Assembly (NCBI GenBank): GCA_030704615.1
Contig: CM060734.1
Location: forward strand, 24,490,001 to 24,554,000
DNA length: 64,000 nucleotides
Reading direction: 5' to 3'
From: Takakia lepidozioides
Lineage: Eukaryota; Plantae; Bryophyta
Shown: one piece after another, positions 25,701 through 36,445 of the stretch
Numbering within the stretch: position 1 is the first letter of the stretch
Layout of the letters: each line of letters starts with the position of its first letter
Made by a program: the position numbers and the translations under genes
Notes under the pieces: model-generated
Databases searched by the model: none
Seen by the model: only the letters and a program-made list of their open reading frames with translations
What the model was told of the DNA's origin: nothing

Positions 25701-27612
25701 GTTGAGAGGTGATGCAGTTTCTCCAATTGCATGGTCGGCTGCATGGCCGAGAATAGTGTTTTGCAATCTCGGGATGAAGTCCTTTCCAAGTGCCGGATCT
25801 GCAATTGCCACCAGCTTCACAAGCTTTGACTTGTATTTGGTTCTGGACTGACACCGGCTTCCTTCAAGTGCTCAGTCAATGACTGCAACGTTTTCACCTG
25901 CCCCTCACTTTCCATGAAGAAGCGTTTGGCATGGGCCAAATCCAGCTTGATGTTTGACTGCCAACAAAAACATGCAGAAGCGTTACATTCGATTCATGTG
26001 GAAAGATTACTGGAAATTGGGGAAGGATGAGCAGAGGGAAATTGGAGGACGACTTACTTCGTATATCACCTCCACCATTCCATCCATAGTGAGACGATAC
26101 CATGTCCGGTCTGTTTTTGCAACGGCTTTCTGAATGAGCTCGGGCTCCAGCATTTCCGCAAACATCTGCGGATCAGTGAGACCAGTTTTCCTCACCCTGT
26201 ACAGCATATGTGCCATGTGGGTATGCACGTACGCATTTCTCAGTGACCCTGCAAGGCACACTCTCCAGTTCAGTACACGGAAGCACGGAAACAAACCAGA
26301 TTGGAAACCGAAATGCGGCACCGCATTTCGAACGTGCTAGGGAGGGTATGAGTATCTTACGAGTTGAGGTCCGCCATGGCATTCTTGAGCAGGGAGAGTC
26401 TGCCGCCTTCACCTTGAGGATGACACACTCCACCATGTAATGCCAGCCAATGTGCTTGGCATGGTTCTGCTTGATGTACTCCCACCAGGCGAGAAGTCGG
26501 TGATTCCCGTCCCACACAAAGAACATTTTACCCGACATATGGCCGAAGTCTGGATCACCCTTCAGCGTAGCCTCGAATTCGTGGTTGCGAGTGTGCCAGT
26601 GGGTATCCCACGTTGACAATTCATCGGCAGTGGGTCCATGAGTTTCGCCGTCCTCATTCTCAATGGAAACGTAAAACGCTGCCGATCCCAGACGGTACCC
26701 TTCTCGAAATGCGAACTTGAGCTTATCCACATCTCCGGGAAGGGCCTGCCTGACGATGGGAAGGGAGACCATGCGACAGAGTGGGATTCGAAGAGTCCGC
26801 TGGAATACCCTGCTGCCAGAACTCTGCCAATGCTACTGTGTGTCTCCTCCAACATTTTATCCGCTGCACTTTTGAAATCCTCCGGAGACATGTCTGTAGG
26901 TGCCGGTAGTGGCTGAGCAGCTGGAGCATCCTCAACTGGAGCTGCACTCTGGGGCCTGTCTGCGGGCAATTCTGCCATTGCAGAGGCCTCCTCGGGCCTG
27001 CTTGCTCATCGGTGGTGAGGTCTTGCTGCGAACGTTGAGCGGCAGCACCCTCCTCCGGTACCAAATCGACAGAAAACGGTCGATCCCATTGCCTTCGCTG
27101 CAGCAGAGTCGGCCCCAACATCTGCAGGCGGGAAATCCTCCAGGAACTGAGCTTCAGCTCGTGGAAGCGGTTTTGCGGGAGATTGTTCGGCCGTCGCCCT
27201 GATTGCCTTCTGCTTCCTCATCCTTGCAGGTGAAGGTGTCTGCTGCAATTGAATCTGTCTTTTACCAGGCTGCTTCATTCGCGTTGGGGGGGTGAAGCGG
27301 CCTGAGCCGGTTCAGAAACCAGTAGAGGGACGGGCTGCTTCTTCTTCGACTTTGCTGGAGAAGGGCCCGACCCCTGCTGGCGATTCTCCATGACCGAAGA
27401 ACGCGAGTCGATCTCTGGGGCTTTGAACTTGCCCTTCGAAGCCGCGTCTTTGAAACGCACAGGGCTAGGCCCGGCAGGAATACCCGCGCTCGGGATCGGG
27501 TGGGTGTACGTGCTGCAGCTAGCTCCTCGGACTCTTCCTGCGGCTCTTCGGATTCCTGCGATCCCTCCAGCACGTCCACCTTTCCTGTTAGGCATGCAAA
27601 CATGTTCTGCAT
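22710..27612 (-). pseudogene. ParB/Srx-like + beta-class N4C/N6A methyltransferase-fold fusion gene, copy A2 (multi-exon, frameshifted in this assembly)
   Basis: ParB-like region ~26360-26800 (VRQALPGDVDKLKFAFREGY...FFVWDGNHRLLAW); MTase motif IV-like DMIILDIPDG ~24150-24180; motif X/I RSPAFIQTIMETCTDVEGTVLDLICGTG ~23545-23630, spliced to ASMWAGRFSDRHLFAYEED ~23385-23442. Confidence 0.8.
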
Positions 27613-28229
27613 TCAAGTCTCCTAGCATTCAGTCTAAGAATTACAGAAGCAAAATGGGGGGTTCGGTGCTCGATCAGCTGCGCGCAGCCCGATCGCATGG
27701 AGCTCTCACTGGTGGCTGGGTTGCCTGAGTGGCCTGCTGCTCGGAGATGGCAATCTCCTCCTGTAGACGCATCTGCTTCCTCCCCTTCGGCATTGGCCTA
27801 CGTCCGAAGTATAATTTTCGGAGCTTGCGACGAGGTCTCCTGTATGGTGCAGGAACTCCCCCCCTCTCAGGTTCGAGCATAAGAAGAACAGAGACAGGGA
27901 AAAGGGGCAAAGAGTGCAGATGGAAAGGGCGCGAGAGGGGTGACTGAGGAGACACGACAAAAGTAGATGAAACGGCGGTGATGCACCACTTGGGTTCGAA
28001 AGGGTTGGACGAAAGTGTCTCCTCGTGGACTTTGCGTCATTACGAAATTCGAATCGTTCAGGGTACGCCTGCCGTCCGAAAAACAAACATCATTATCCAA
28101 CGGTCAGGCCGTGCCGCCTCATGCCACTTCAGTCAGATAGAGTGCAGACATGTGCCGCAATTCCGTTGCTCCACGTGTTCACATTTCAAGGCATTTCCGT
28201 CCCAGCGTCTGATGAGTTGGAGTGAAAAT

Positions 28230-29751
28230 GCGAATGCGGCACCGCATTTCCGTTAAGTACCATCACGAAGCTACACATCCGTACTTGTTGGAAGAAAATG
28301 CGGCACCGCATTTCCGTTCCACCTTCACATACCTTAGTTGTTGAACGAAATACGGTGCCGCATTTCCGTCCCACAGCTCCATGTATGAGATACAAAAGGG
28401 AAATGCGGCGCCGCATTTCCGTTCAGGAATGTCGAAAGGTGCGATTCGGACGGAAATGCGGCACAACATTTCAGTTCCCGTGGTTCATGATTTTCAATCT
28501 GAATCGAAATACGGTACCGCATTTCCGTTCCCCCTTCACATACCTTAGTTGATGAACGAAAATGCCGTTCCACATTTCCGTTCGGGAAAGTATAGAGGTC
28601 TCACCTGAACAGAAATGCGGTGCCGCATTTCCTGTCTGGAAAGTTTGAAGGTCTCACATGGATGGAAATGCGGCACCACATTTCCGTCCCACCGCTCCAG
28701 GCCTCGTATACAAAACGGAAATGCGGCGCCACATTTCCGTTCGAGAATGTCGGAAGGTGCGACTCGGACGGAAATGCGGAGCCGCATTTCTGTTCCCGTT
28801 GTTCACGATTTTCAGTCAGAACGGAAATGCGGTACCGCATTTCCGTTCTGTAGAGTATTAAGGTCTGACCCTGGCGGAAATGCGGTGCCACATTTTCGTT
28901 CCACAGCTCCATGCCTCACATACAAAACGGTAATGCGGCGCCGCATTTCCGTTTTGGAATGTTGGAAGGTGCGACTCCGACGGAAATGCGGTATCGCATT
29001 TCAGTTCCGATTTTCACGATTTTTCATCAGAACGGAAATGCGGTGCCGCATTTGCGTTCTGGAATGTTGGGAGGTGCGACTCGGATGGAAATGCGCTGCC
29101 GCATTTCAGTTCCGATGGTTCACGATTTTCAGTCAGAACGGAAATGCGGCACCGCATTTCCGTTCTGGATAGTATGAATGTCTCAACCGGTCGGAATTGC
29201 GCTGTCTCAAGCGGTCGGAATTGCACTCGGCTCCATGCATCAGATACAAAATGGAAATGTGGCGCCGCATTTCCGTTCTGGAATGTCGGAAAGTGCGACT
29301 CGGACGGAAATGCGGTGCCGCATTTCTGTTCCCGTTGTTCATAATTCTCAATCAGAACGGAAATGCGGTACCGCATTTCCGTTCCACCTTCACATACCGT
29401 GCTTGCTGGATGGAAATGCGTTACCGCATTTCCGTTCTGGAGAGTGTTAAGGTCTCACCCGGGCGGATATGCGGTGCCGCATTTCCGTTCTGGAATGTCG
29501 GAAAGTGCGACTCAAACGGAAATGCGGTGCCGCATTTCTGTTCCCTTTGTTCATGATTCTCAATCAGAACGGAAATGCGGTACCGCATTTCCGTTCCACC
29601 TTCACATACCGTGCTTGCTGGATTGAAATGCGTTACCGCATTTCCGTTCTGGAGAGTATAAAGGTTTCCCCCGGACGGAAACTCGGTGCCGCATTTCCGT
29701 CGCTCTGGTGCATGACCAAGATGCAATATGGAAATGCGGCGCCGTATTTCC
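28230..29751. repeat. Main 53-bp-period palindrome array (copy A2) between the divergent genes
   Basis: About 28 copies of GGAAATGCGGYRCCGCATTTCC; same spacer classes as A1 in a partly different order. Confidence 0.97.
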
Positions 29752-30167
29752 GTCCACCAGCAATCGAAATAATCACTCGGGACGGGAAATCTGGAACCTG
29801 AATGGGTTGCATTGTTCCGAAACAACACAACTGCGGCCAGTCTTGATGAGCACAACTTGGTTGTCTGACCGTTTTAACTAACAGTACTGGCACTTGTCAA
29901 TGCGAACGTTCCTGTCTGCACCGAGAATACTGCTGGATCCACCCTCAGGAGAAATTGTCAGGAGATGTTATTTTGTCGCCGAATCGGCCATCATTGTCAT
30001 ACTTACTGGCTATGGAATCACACTCCCACCTTCATGCATGTAGCTTGAAACAATACTTTCCACTTCAATGTGCGACTTCCAATCGTCGATGGACTCCGCA
30101 TGGTGCCTGTGAGCCTTGGTCTGTCGCTATACTGAACCTCGCACTTGCCAACTTCGTGCGGTGTTCG

Positions 30168-33100
30168 ATGGCTCCGAATTCCTACGCTATAGTTTGCTGT
30201 CCTCCGCAACTTGGGAGAGCCTGGATCCCAAACGAGGGAGGACTTTGCAGAGTGACTGAAACTTACCTTTGTTCCAAATTCAAGCTCAAACCGGGCACAG
30301 TTTATTTGGAAGAAGAAAGGAAGGATGTTCCCGGACAGGTTGACGAGACCATTGTCGTGCTAGGTAACGACGGAGGTTGTGGAATCAAATGGCACGTACC
30401 CCCATCAGACACCATCCTGTACCGAGCTGTGGGAATGCCCATTCCCTTTCCGAATCAGTCGCTGCCCACACCATCCACAAAGGAGTCCGGAAACCGACAG
30501 GCGGCCACTGCCAACAAAGAGGTATGCAACGATAATCATTCCCGACCTGGACCGTCAAGACCCTCCATAGCTTCTCGTGTGGACGTATTCGACATTTCCG
30601 ACGAGGAAGATGATTGCATTGAGGTACCCATGTCCTCCACACGGTCGTTCAAATCCGGCATGGACGTCTCTGTAGGTGCTACGCATGTGCCCTCGAGCAT
30701 AACTCCAACCCGGTCCATTGTGCAGCTCCTACGACAACATCACCTCGATGGTTCTCGCTCCGAGCTGGCTGCTCTCGACTATGCCAAATTCCCAGTCAGA
30801 AAGGTAACGTTTCTGCCTCCCGAAGTCGATGGCAATGTCATCTTCGAGTTTCCACCTGTCTCTTCGTCAAACAAAGCCTCCAGGATGTTAACAGACATGG
30901 ATCGAAAGCATGACGGACACCCCTGGTGTGTGACGAAGACCAGTAGCACGAAAATTGCTGATGGTGTTCGTGTACGATACGTCCTCTGTGCGGGGAAGCT
31001 GAGGTGCCTGAATCCCGCCTGCTTCCACTTTCTTTCCAAAGGAGGGCGGAGAAACGAGACGGATGGGACTGGCACAACGCATCATCCATTCATTGTCTCC
31101 AGCCAAGCTCCTGCGGGTACTTTCAAGTGCGCACATTGCAAAGAACCACCGACGTGCATGTCCATGTGCAGAGCCAAGCAATATTACGTTATCCATTTGC
31201 TCCCGGACTTGACTAGAGCTTGCATACACGTTGGGGTCCACTGCCACCCCTTGGTGAGAGGCAACATGCGTGAGACTGTGCAGGAAGCACACGACATCAT
31301 AAAAGAGGAGGTGAAATTGAGCCCCGGAGCCAGACCGAAGCAGATTCAGCTGAAGGCAGCCCACAAGATTGCTCTTGGCAAAATCATGTCTGAAGATGGT
31401 TCCAACCAAGAGCCCTTGACCGAAGACGAGATGCGTGACCTCTTGGAGTCCGTCTCGCACGTTTGTAGTCCGAATGTGCGGAATTACATCGTATCTTGCA
31501 AGCAGGAGTTCGGCAGGGGGTCGGACATGTACTCAATCCTGGAGGTGAAACGAATGACTGGATATGACTACATCCAAGGTAGCAGGTTTCCAGGGCAAGA
31601 CAGCGAATCCGATTGTTGTTACATTTTCAAAATGTCGACGTGTGGGCCTGGGAGTGGAGTGGACTCGCATGATAAACTTGTCGAATGCTTGGGTGATGTT
31701 TGATCACATCAAGAGAATTACAAACCATCAGTGGGTGACTATGGGTGCGCATGTTTATGACTATCACTCCAAGAGGCTCATGACGATTGCAATCTGCGAG
31801 ATGAAAGGGGAGGACACACAGTCCGAGATGCATCTGTGGGAGGGCATAAACGAGCAGATGGCAAGGGCGGGATTGCCAAAGCCCAATTTCAGGGGATTCA
31901 TGGCAGACAACGCTCAGGCCAACTGGGCAGCGGTGCGGCGTGTGTACGGTGAGGACCCCAATGTTCCAATGGAGGGGAAAGAGAGATCCTGTGGATTCCA
32001 TTGGATGCAGAGTCTATCCCACTACACTACCAAATTTGTTGCTAGCTCATTCCAGGCTGAACACCGTGTCCTTTGTACGGCGTGGAAGGATGCACCCACA
32101 TTTGATGACGCGGAGGTTAAGTTTGCTATCATCGAGGCTTGGTGGAACACGTCAGGTGCAGTGGAGACAACCAATCTGGGAGCATTGCACAGCTGGTTGG
32201 GGTGGTGGCATTTTCGGTATCGACAGTTCGGACAGTACATGCGGGAGGTAGGCTGCTGTCATTTTTGTTCATTTGTCTTTCTGTTACGGACATTTCGATT
32301 GGTCCCTCACCATTGTTTGTGTCCTTCTAGGAGCGGTGCTTGGATTCCGACACGGACATGCCGAACACGAATATGGCAGAATTGGTCCACTCCTCCTGGC
32401 GAGCGTCTTCTGCCGCACATCTGGTGGACGTAGTGATGGCCACAACGGAGGACATCGATAGAGCAATCATGCAGCAAGCCACGTACTACAAGTTCCTGAG
32501 CGGCAAACAATAGGGCTTTGGGCCGGACAGGGAGGAATTGTTGGTACGAACAGCTTCGAGGTCCAAGAATCCACTGAAATGGGCGACAGCATTGCGAGAG
32601 AAGATCAAAGGGACGCCTCTGCGCCGCAGAGGTGAACACCTAGAGGGGGACGTCCGGACTCGCCCTGTGAGGCGGAGGATTGAAGAGGAACCCGGGTGCG
32701 AAGAGGATTCCTGGAGATCCGACAGGAACATTCGGACAGCACCTCGAGGTCCCGTCATGTTGCCACACAATGTGTCTTCCAGCAGTGGAAGCCCAAGAAA
32801 TTCCAGATCGCCGTCGCCTTCAACCGGGGATTTCGTGCGAGAAATTCCCACCGCTCCCTTGCCCCAGATTCCGCCCGCTGTTATGCAGTATGGCCAAGCC
32901 ATTGTGGAGACGACTGTGTCTGCATCACAGTGGAGAATTGCTCGCACAAAGCCGTCGTTTCGAGGAAGGTGTTCCGCAATTCGTGTGGATACACGGCAAC
33001 GTTGTTTAGAGATGATAAGGAGGAATCTAGATGGGGCTGTCCCTGCTCCTATTTTTACAGGAAGATTTGTCCATGCAAAGTTTGCGGAGGCGACAACCAC

Positions 33101-33761
33101 CCAGTTCTGGTTCTGCAGGCACGACATTATGACTTGCGTGTATGGAAAGCCCAAGTATGGCATACAAACAATGCTAGAGGCTCCCCCGGTGTGGCCGGTG
33201 GAACCAGGCTGTGATCTGAGTCAGGTTGAGGCCGACACCCTTACCGCCGCAGGATTTCGGATGGTGCAGCGCACTGACGTCCCCAGACAACCATTTCCGC
33301 TTCCACAGCCTCCACCACCGACCCCTGTGAGAGCAAGAACAATGGGACACGACAGCTCTAAGCATCCTACACACCGTTGGGGGAAACCGAAGAGGCGGCG
33401 ACCTCCCTCAAAAGTGAACGAGACAAGGATGGGGAATGCACTTCGGATGAACTGTACAATCCAGAGCTCGACAGAAGTGCCCCCACCAGGATTCGGGCGT
33501 GTGTATCAGATGGCCACGGCAGGCTCAGCTGTTCGCAATGAGGTGTACACCATCACCATTTCAGAATTACCCACCTGCAATTGCACCGACTTCCAGATCA
33601 TGGCGAACAAGGGGGCATCATACTGCCCTTGCAAGCATTTGTACTACGTGTACCTAAAGAGACTCCGTTGTAATTCCACAACTCATCACTTCATACATGC
33701 ACCAGGGTTGAGCCCCCAGGAGGTTCACACTCTTCTGAATATGGATCCAGGGGACCAGTGA
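30168..33761 (+). pseudogene. Mutator-like (MULE) transposase with GCM-like Zn domain, DDE core and SWIM finger
   Basis: HDGHPW..T...C.GKLRC.NP.C...C..C...C....H...H.HP; VMFDH, FMADNAQAN, CGFHW (CxxH), TNMAELVH after intron 32248-32330; SWIM CNCTDF...CKH. One frameshift (~31670) and a TAG at 32511. Confidence 0.88.
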
Positions 33762-34507
33762 GCTTGGCTTGCGGTCCCGATACAATGGTACGCCCATCCT
33801 TTTCGGATAGTAGAACTGTACTGCTGCCAGTACCTCAGACTCTGGCCATAGAAAGGTCCGACATATGTCTTCCCTACCAGTAACTTGTTTTGCCCGAACT
33901 AAGATATTACTATATCGTTCACTTGTTTCCACGTGCATGTATTTTTGTATGTTGGAGGGTTCATGTTTTTCTGCTTTCCGAAAACTTGCTTTCCTCATTC
34001 GACCTCCGACAAGGAAATGCGGCGCTGCATTTCCAAGTATCGTCGTAGGTACTGGTAGAGGCGGCCTTCGCCAACACCAAACCGCTTCGAAATTTCGCAC
34101 GTGCGAACCCTAATGCGGCACCTTATTTCCCAGTTCAGTTGCAAACCTTTCCCGCCGAATACCCGAAGAAGACAGAATTGTGAAGTACTGCAGACTGTAT
34201 TGGTGCAGACTCCATTGGTTCAATCGCGGCAAAAGGGTCAGCTTCATTCCAATGTTAAGGCATGTAAAACCGTGGAATACTCTATATAGGCCAGTATGCG
34301 ACGTCCTTTTGCAGTGGTATACTGGATTTCCCGTTGCACGGTCACTTATTTCCATGAGCGGATCTAAAAAACCATGAGCGGACTTGTTACTGACGACATA
34401 TCTTCGCCGCATTACATGATCTGGAACGTCCAAAAACGGCAAGGTCAAATAAAAAACTATTATTTTAATACTTGTTTAATCTGCCGCATTTCCAAATTTG
34501 GAGGAGT

Positions 34508-34612
34508 CCGCTCATGAAATCCGCGTATCTTAGACTTCGGCTCACCGCTCATGCGGCTCATGCGGCTCATGGCTCATGGCTCATGGTTTCTGCTCATGAA
34601 ATAGTAAACCTC
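34508..34612 (-). repeat. Right TIR + subterminal (GCTCATG)n, element A2
   Basis: gctcatgcggctcatgcggctcatggctcatggctcatgg...gctcatgaaatagtaaacctc, the inverse of the left end. Confidence 0.85.
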
Positions 34613-35169
34613 TCTTGCAGCTGATAATGGTAGCCTAGATTTGTTCTAGGAAACACCGAACACAACTTATCACACTAGTTCATATGTTGTCTTGCATCTG
34701 GTACTCTCTGCAATCCAACAGGCATACACCATTTGCCTCGATTGTCCCACTATTGACTGCTAGGGTCACAAAAGTGTTCATTCCACTGCTTTGCCTTGTA
34801 TGTGTCACCTGTTTCTGGATACTTGACTCATTGGAAGCATCATGTCAAAGTCACTCCAAACCATCAAAGGTTCACTCAACCAGCTAACTTGCAGAATTGA
34901 ACCAGAAAATTTAGGGCCGGATCTGACAAGAGGGAAAAACATGGTGAATTGGGTCTCAAAGGAGGTGCTTCATTAGCACCGCCTGATTTTGCTCAATTGT
35001 GCCGCAGCTGCTGCAGATTCCAGTTAAGCATGTACCCATGCAGGTTTCTTGTAGCTAAAACCAACAGAGAATCAAAGGTAATCTGGAGCTTGAAGGCCGG
35101 CTCTGTTGGAAGAATCTGGACCCACACTCTATCCCTACTCCTTCAGCTAGGCATGCCTCTGCACAAAAC

Positions 35170-36445
35170 ATGCATACAGGGTTGGATGATAACTCAAAAT
35201 CATAGTTTGGAGAAAACGAGACGAATACATGACTATCTGGCAAGTTTCAAATTTTTTGGTGGTAGGTTCCAGTTTCTCTAGAGTCACAATTGCCTTCAAG
35301 TCAACATCCAAATTAACTCCACCTACTCCCAAATGCAGAATGTCTCATGAGACCATCAGCGACGGGAAAAGCTGGTTTGGCATGACATGGTTGTAGTTCA
35401 CAACCTTAATGAACGCCTTCAACCTTGACCTCTATGTGATCTTTTTCTGTGACGCCTTCTCCATAACCTGTGAAATGGAAAAGCAGCTACACATCAAATT
35501 GCGGGAAAGTAAAAGGGGTACTCAGGCCTCCTTGGGAGAAAGAGTGCCATAAACACAGACACCTCCTTAAATGCAAAAATTTGAGAAGCCAACGTGTGGT
35601 GGCAAGAAATGCCTAACCCAGAATTATACTCCATCCAGTCCGAATCCAAAGGGTCGGATGATAACTCGGAATCGCTGGAGATGACGAGATTGATACACGA
35701 CTACCTTGCGAGTTTCAACTTTGTTGGAGGTAGTTTCTAGTTTCTCTGGTGTCACAACTGCCTTCAAGTCAACATCGAAATTAAGTCCACCTACGCGCAA
35801 ATCGCAGAATGTCTCATGACACCATCTGCGTCAGGAAAAGCTGGTTTGGCATGATATAATTGTAGTTCACAACCTTAATGAACGCCTTCAGCCTTGACCT
35901 CTTTGCGATCTTCTTCTGTGACTGCTTCTTCATAATTTATGAAAGGGAAAAACAGCTACACATCAAATTCTTGCAAGTACAGGGGGGTACTCAGGCCTCC
36001 TTGGGAGAAAGAGTGCCATAAACATAGACACATCCTTAAATGTAAAAATTGGAGAAGCGAACGTTTGGTGGCAAGAAATGCCTAAACCAGAATTATACTC
36101 CATCCAACGCACATGTAAAGGGTCGGATGATAACTCGGAATCCCAGTTTGGAGATAATGAGACGAATACATGACTATCTTGCGAGTTTCAACTTTCTTGG
36201 AGGTAGTTTCCAGTTTCTCTAGTGTCACAACTGCCTTCAAGTCAACATCGGAATTAAGTCCCACTACTCGCAAATGCAGAATGTCTCCCTCATCTGCGTG
36301 GGGAAAATGGGGTTTGGCATGATATGATTGTAGTTCACAACCAAAGGGCATATCCTTCAGCCTTGATGTCTTTGCGATCTTCTTCTGTGACGCCTTCTTC
36401 ATAACTTGTGAAATGGAAAAGCAGCTACACATCAAATTATTGCAA
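35170..36445. repeat. Diverged tandem triplication, ~470-bp unit
   Basis: TGCCTTCAAGTCAACATC recurs with GTCAAC at 35300, 35768 and 36241; CAGCTACACATCAAATT also occurs three times. Confidence 0.88.

Larger units (their letters stand above)
19482..34612. mobile_element. MULE family A, near-complete ~15.1-kb copy A2 with TIRs
   Basis: Left end GGGGGCTGCTATTTCATGAGC; right end reverse complement GAGGTTTACTATTTCATGAGC; both followed by subterminal ATGAGC repeats; encloses the transposase, ParB-MTase gene, two RWNCC genes and two palindrome arrays. TSD cannot be checked because the left flank is a gap. Confidence 0.88.

Noticed and set aside
22710-27612. Bacterial or phage contamination as the source of the ParB-MTase
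   Set aside because: The gene has spliceosomal introns, lies within a MULE with TIRs, and related genes occur in three copies interleaved with plant retrotransposons.
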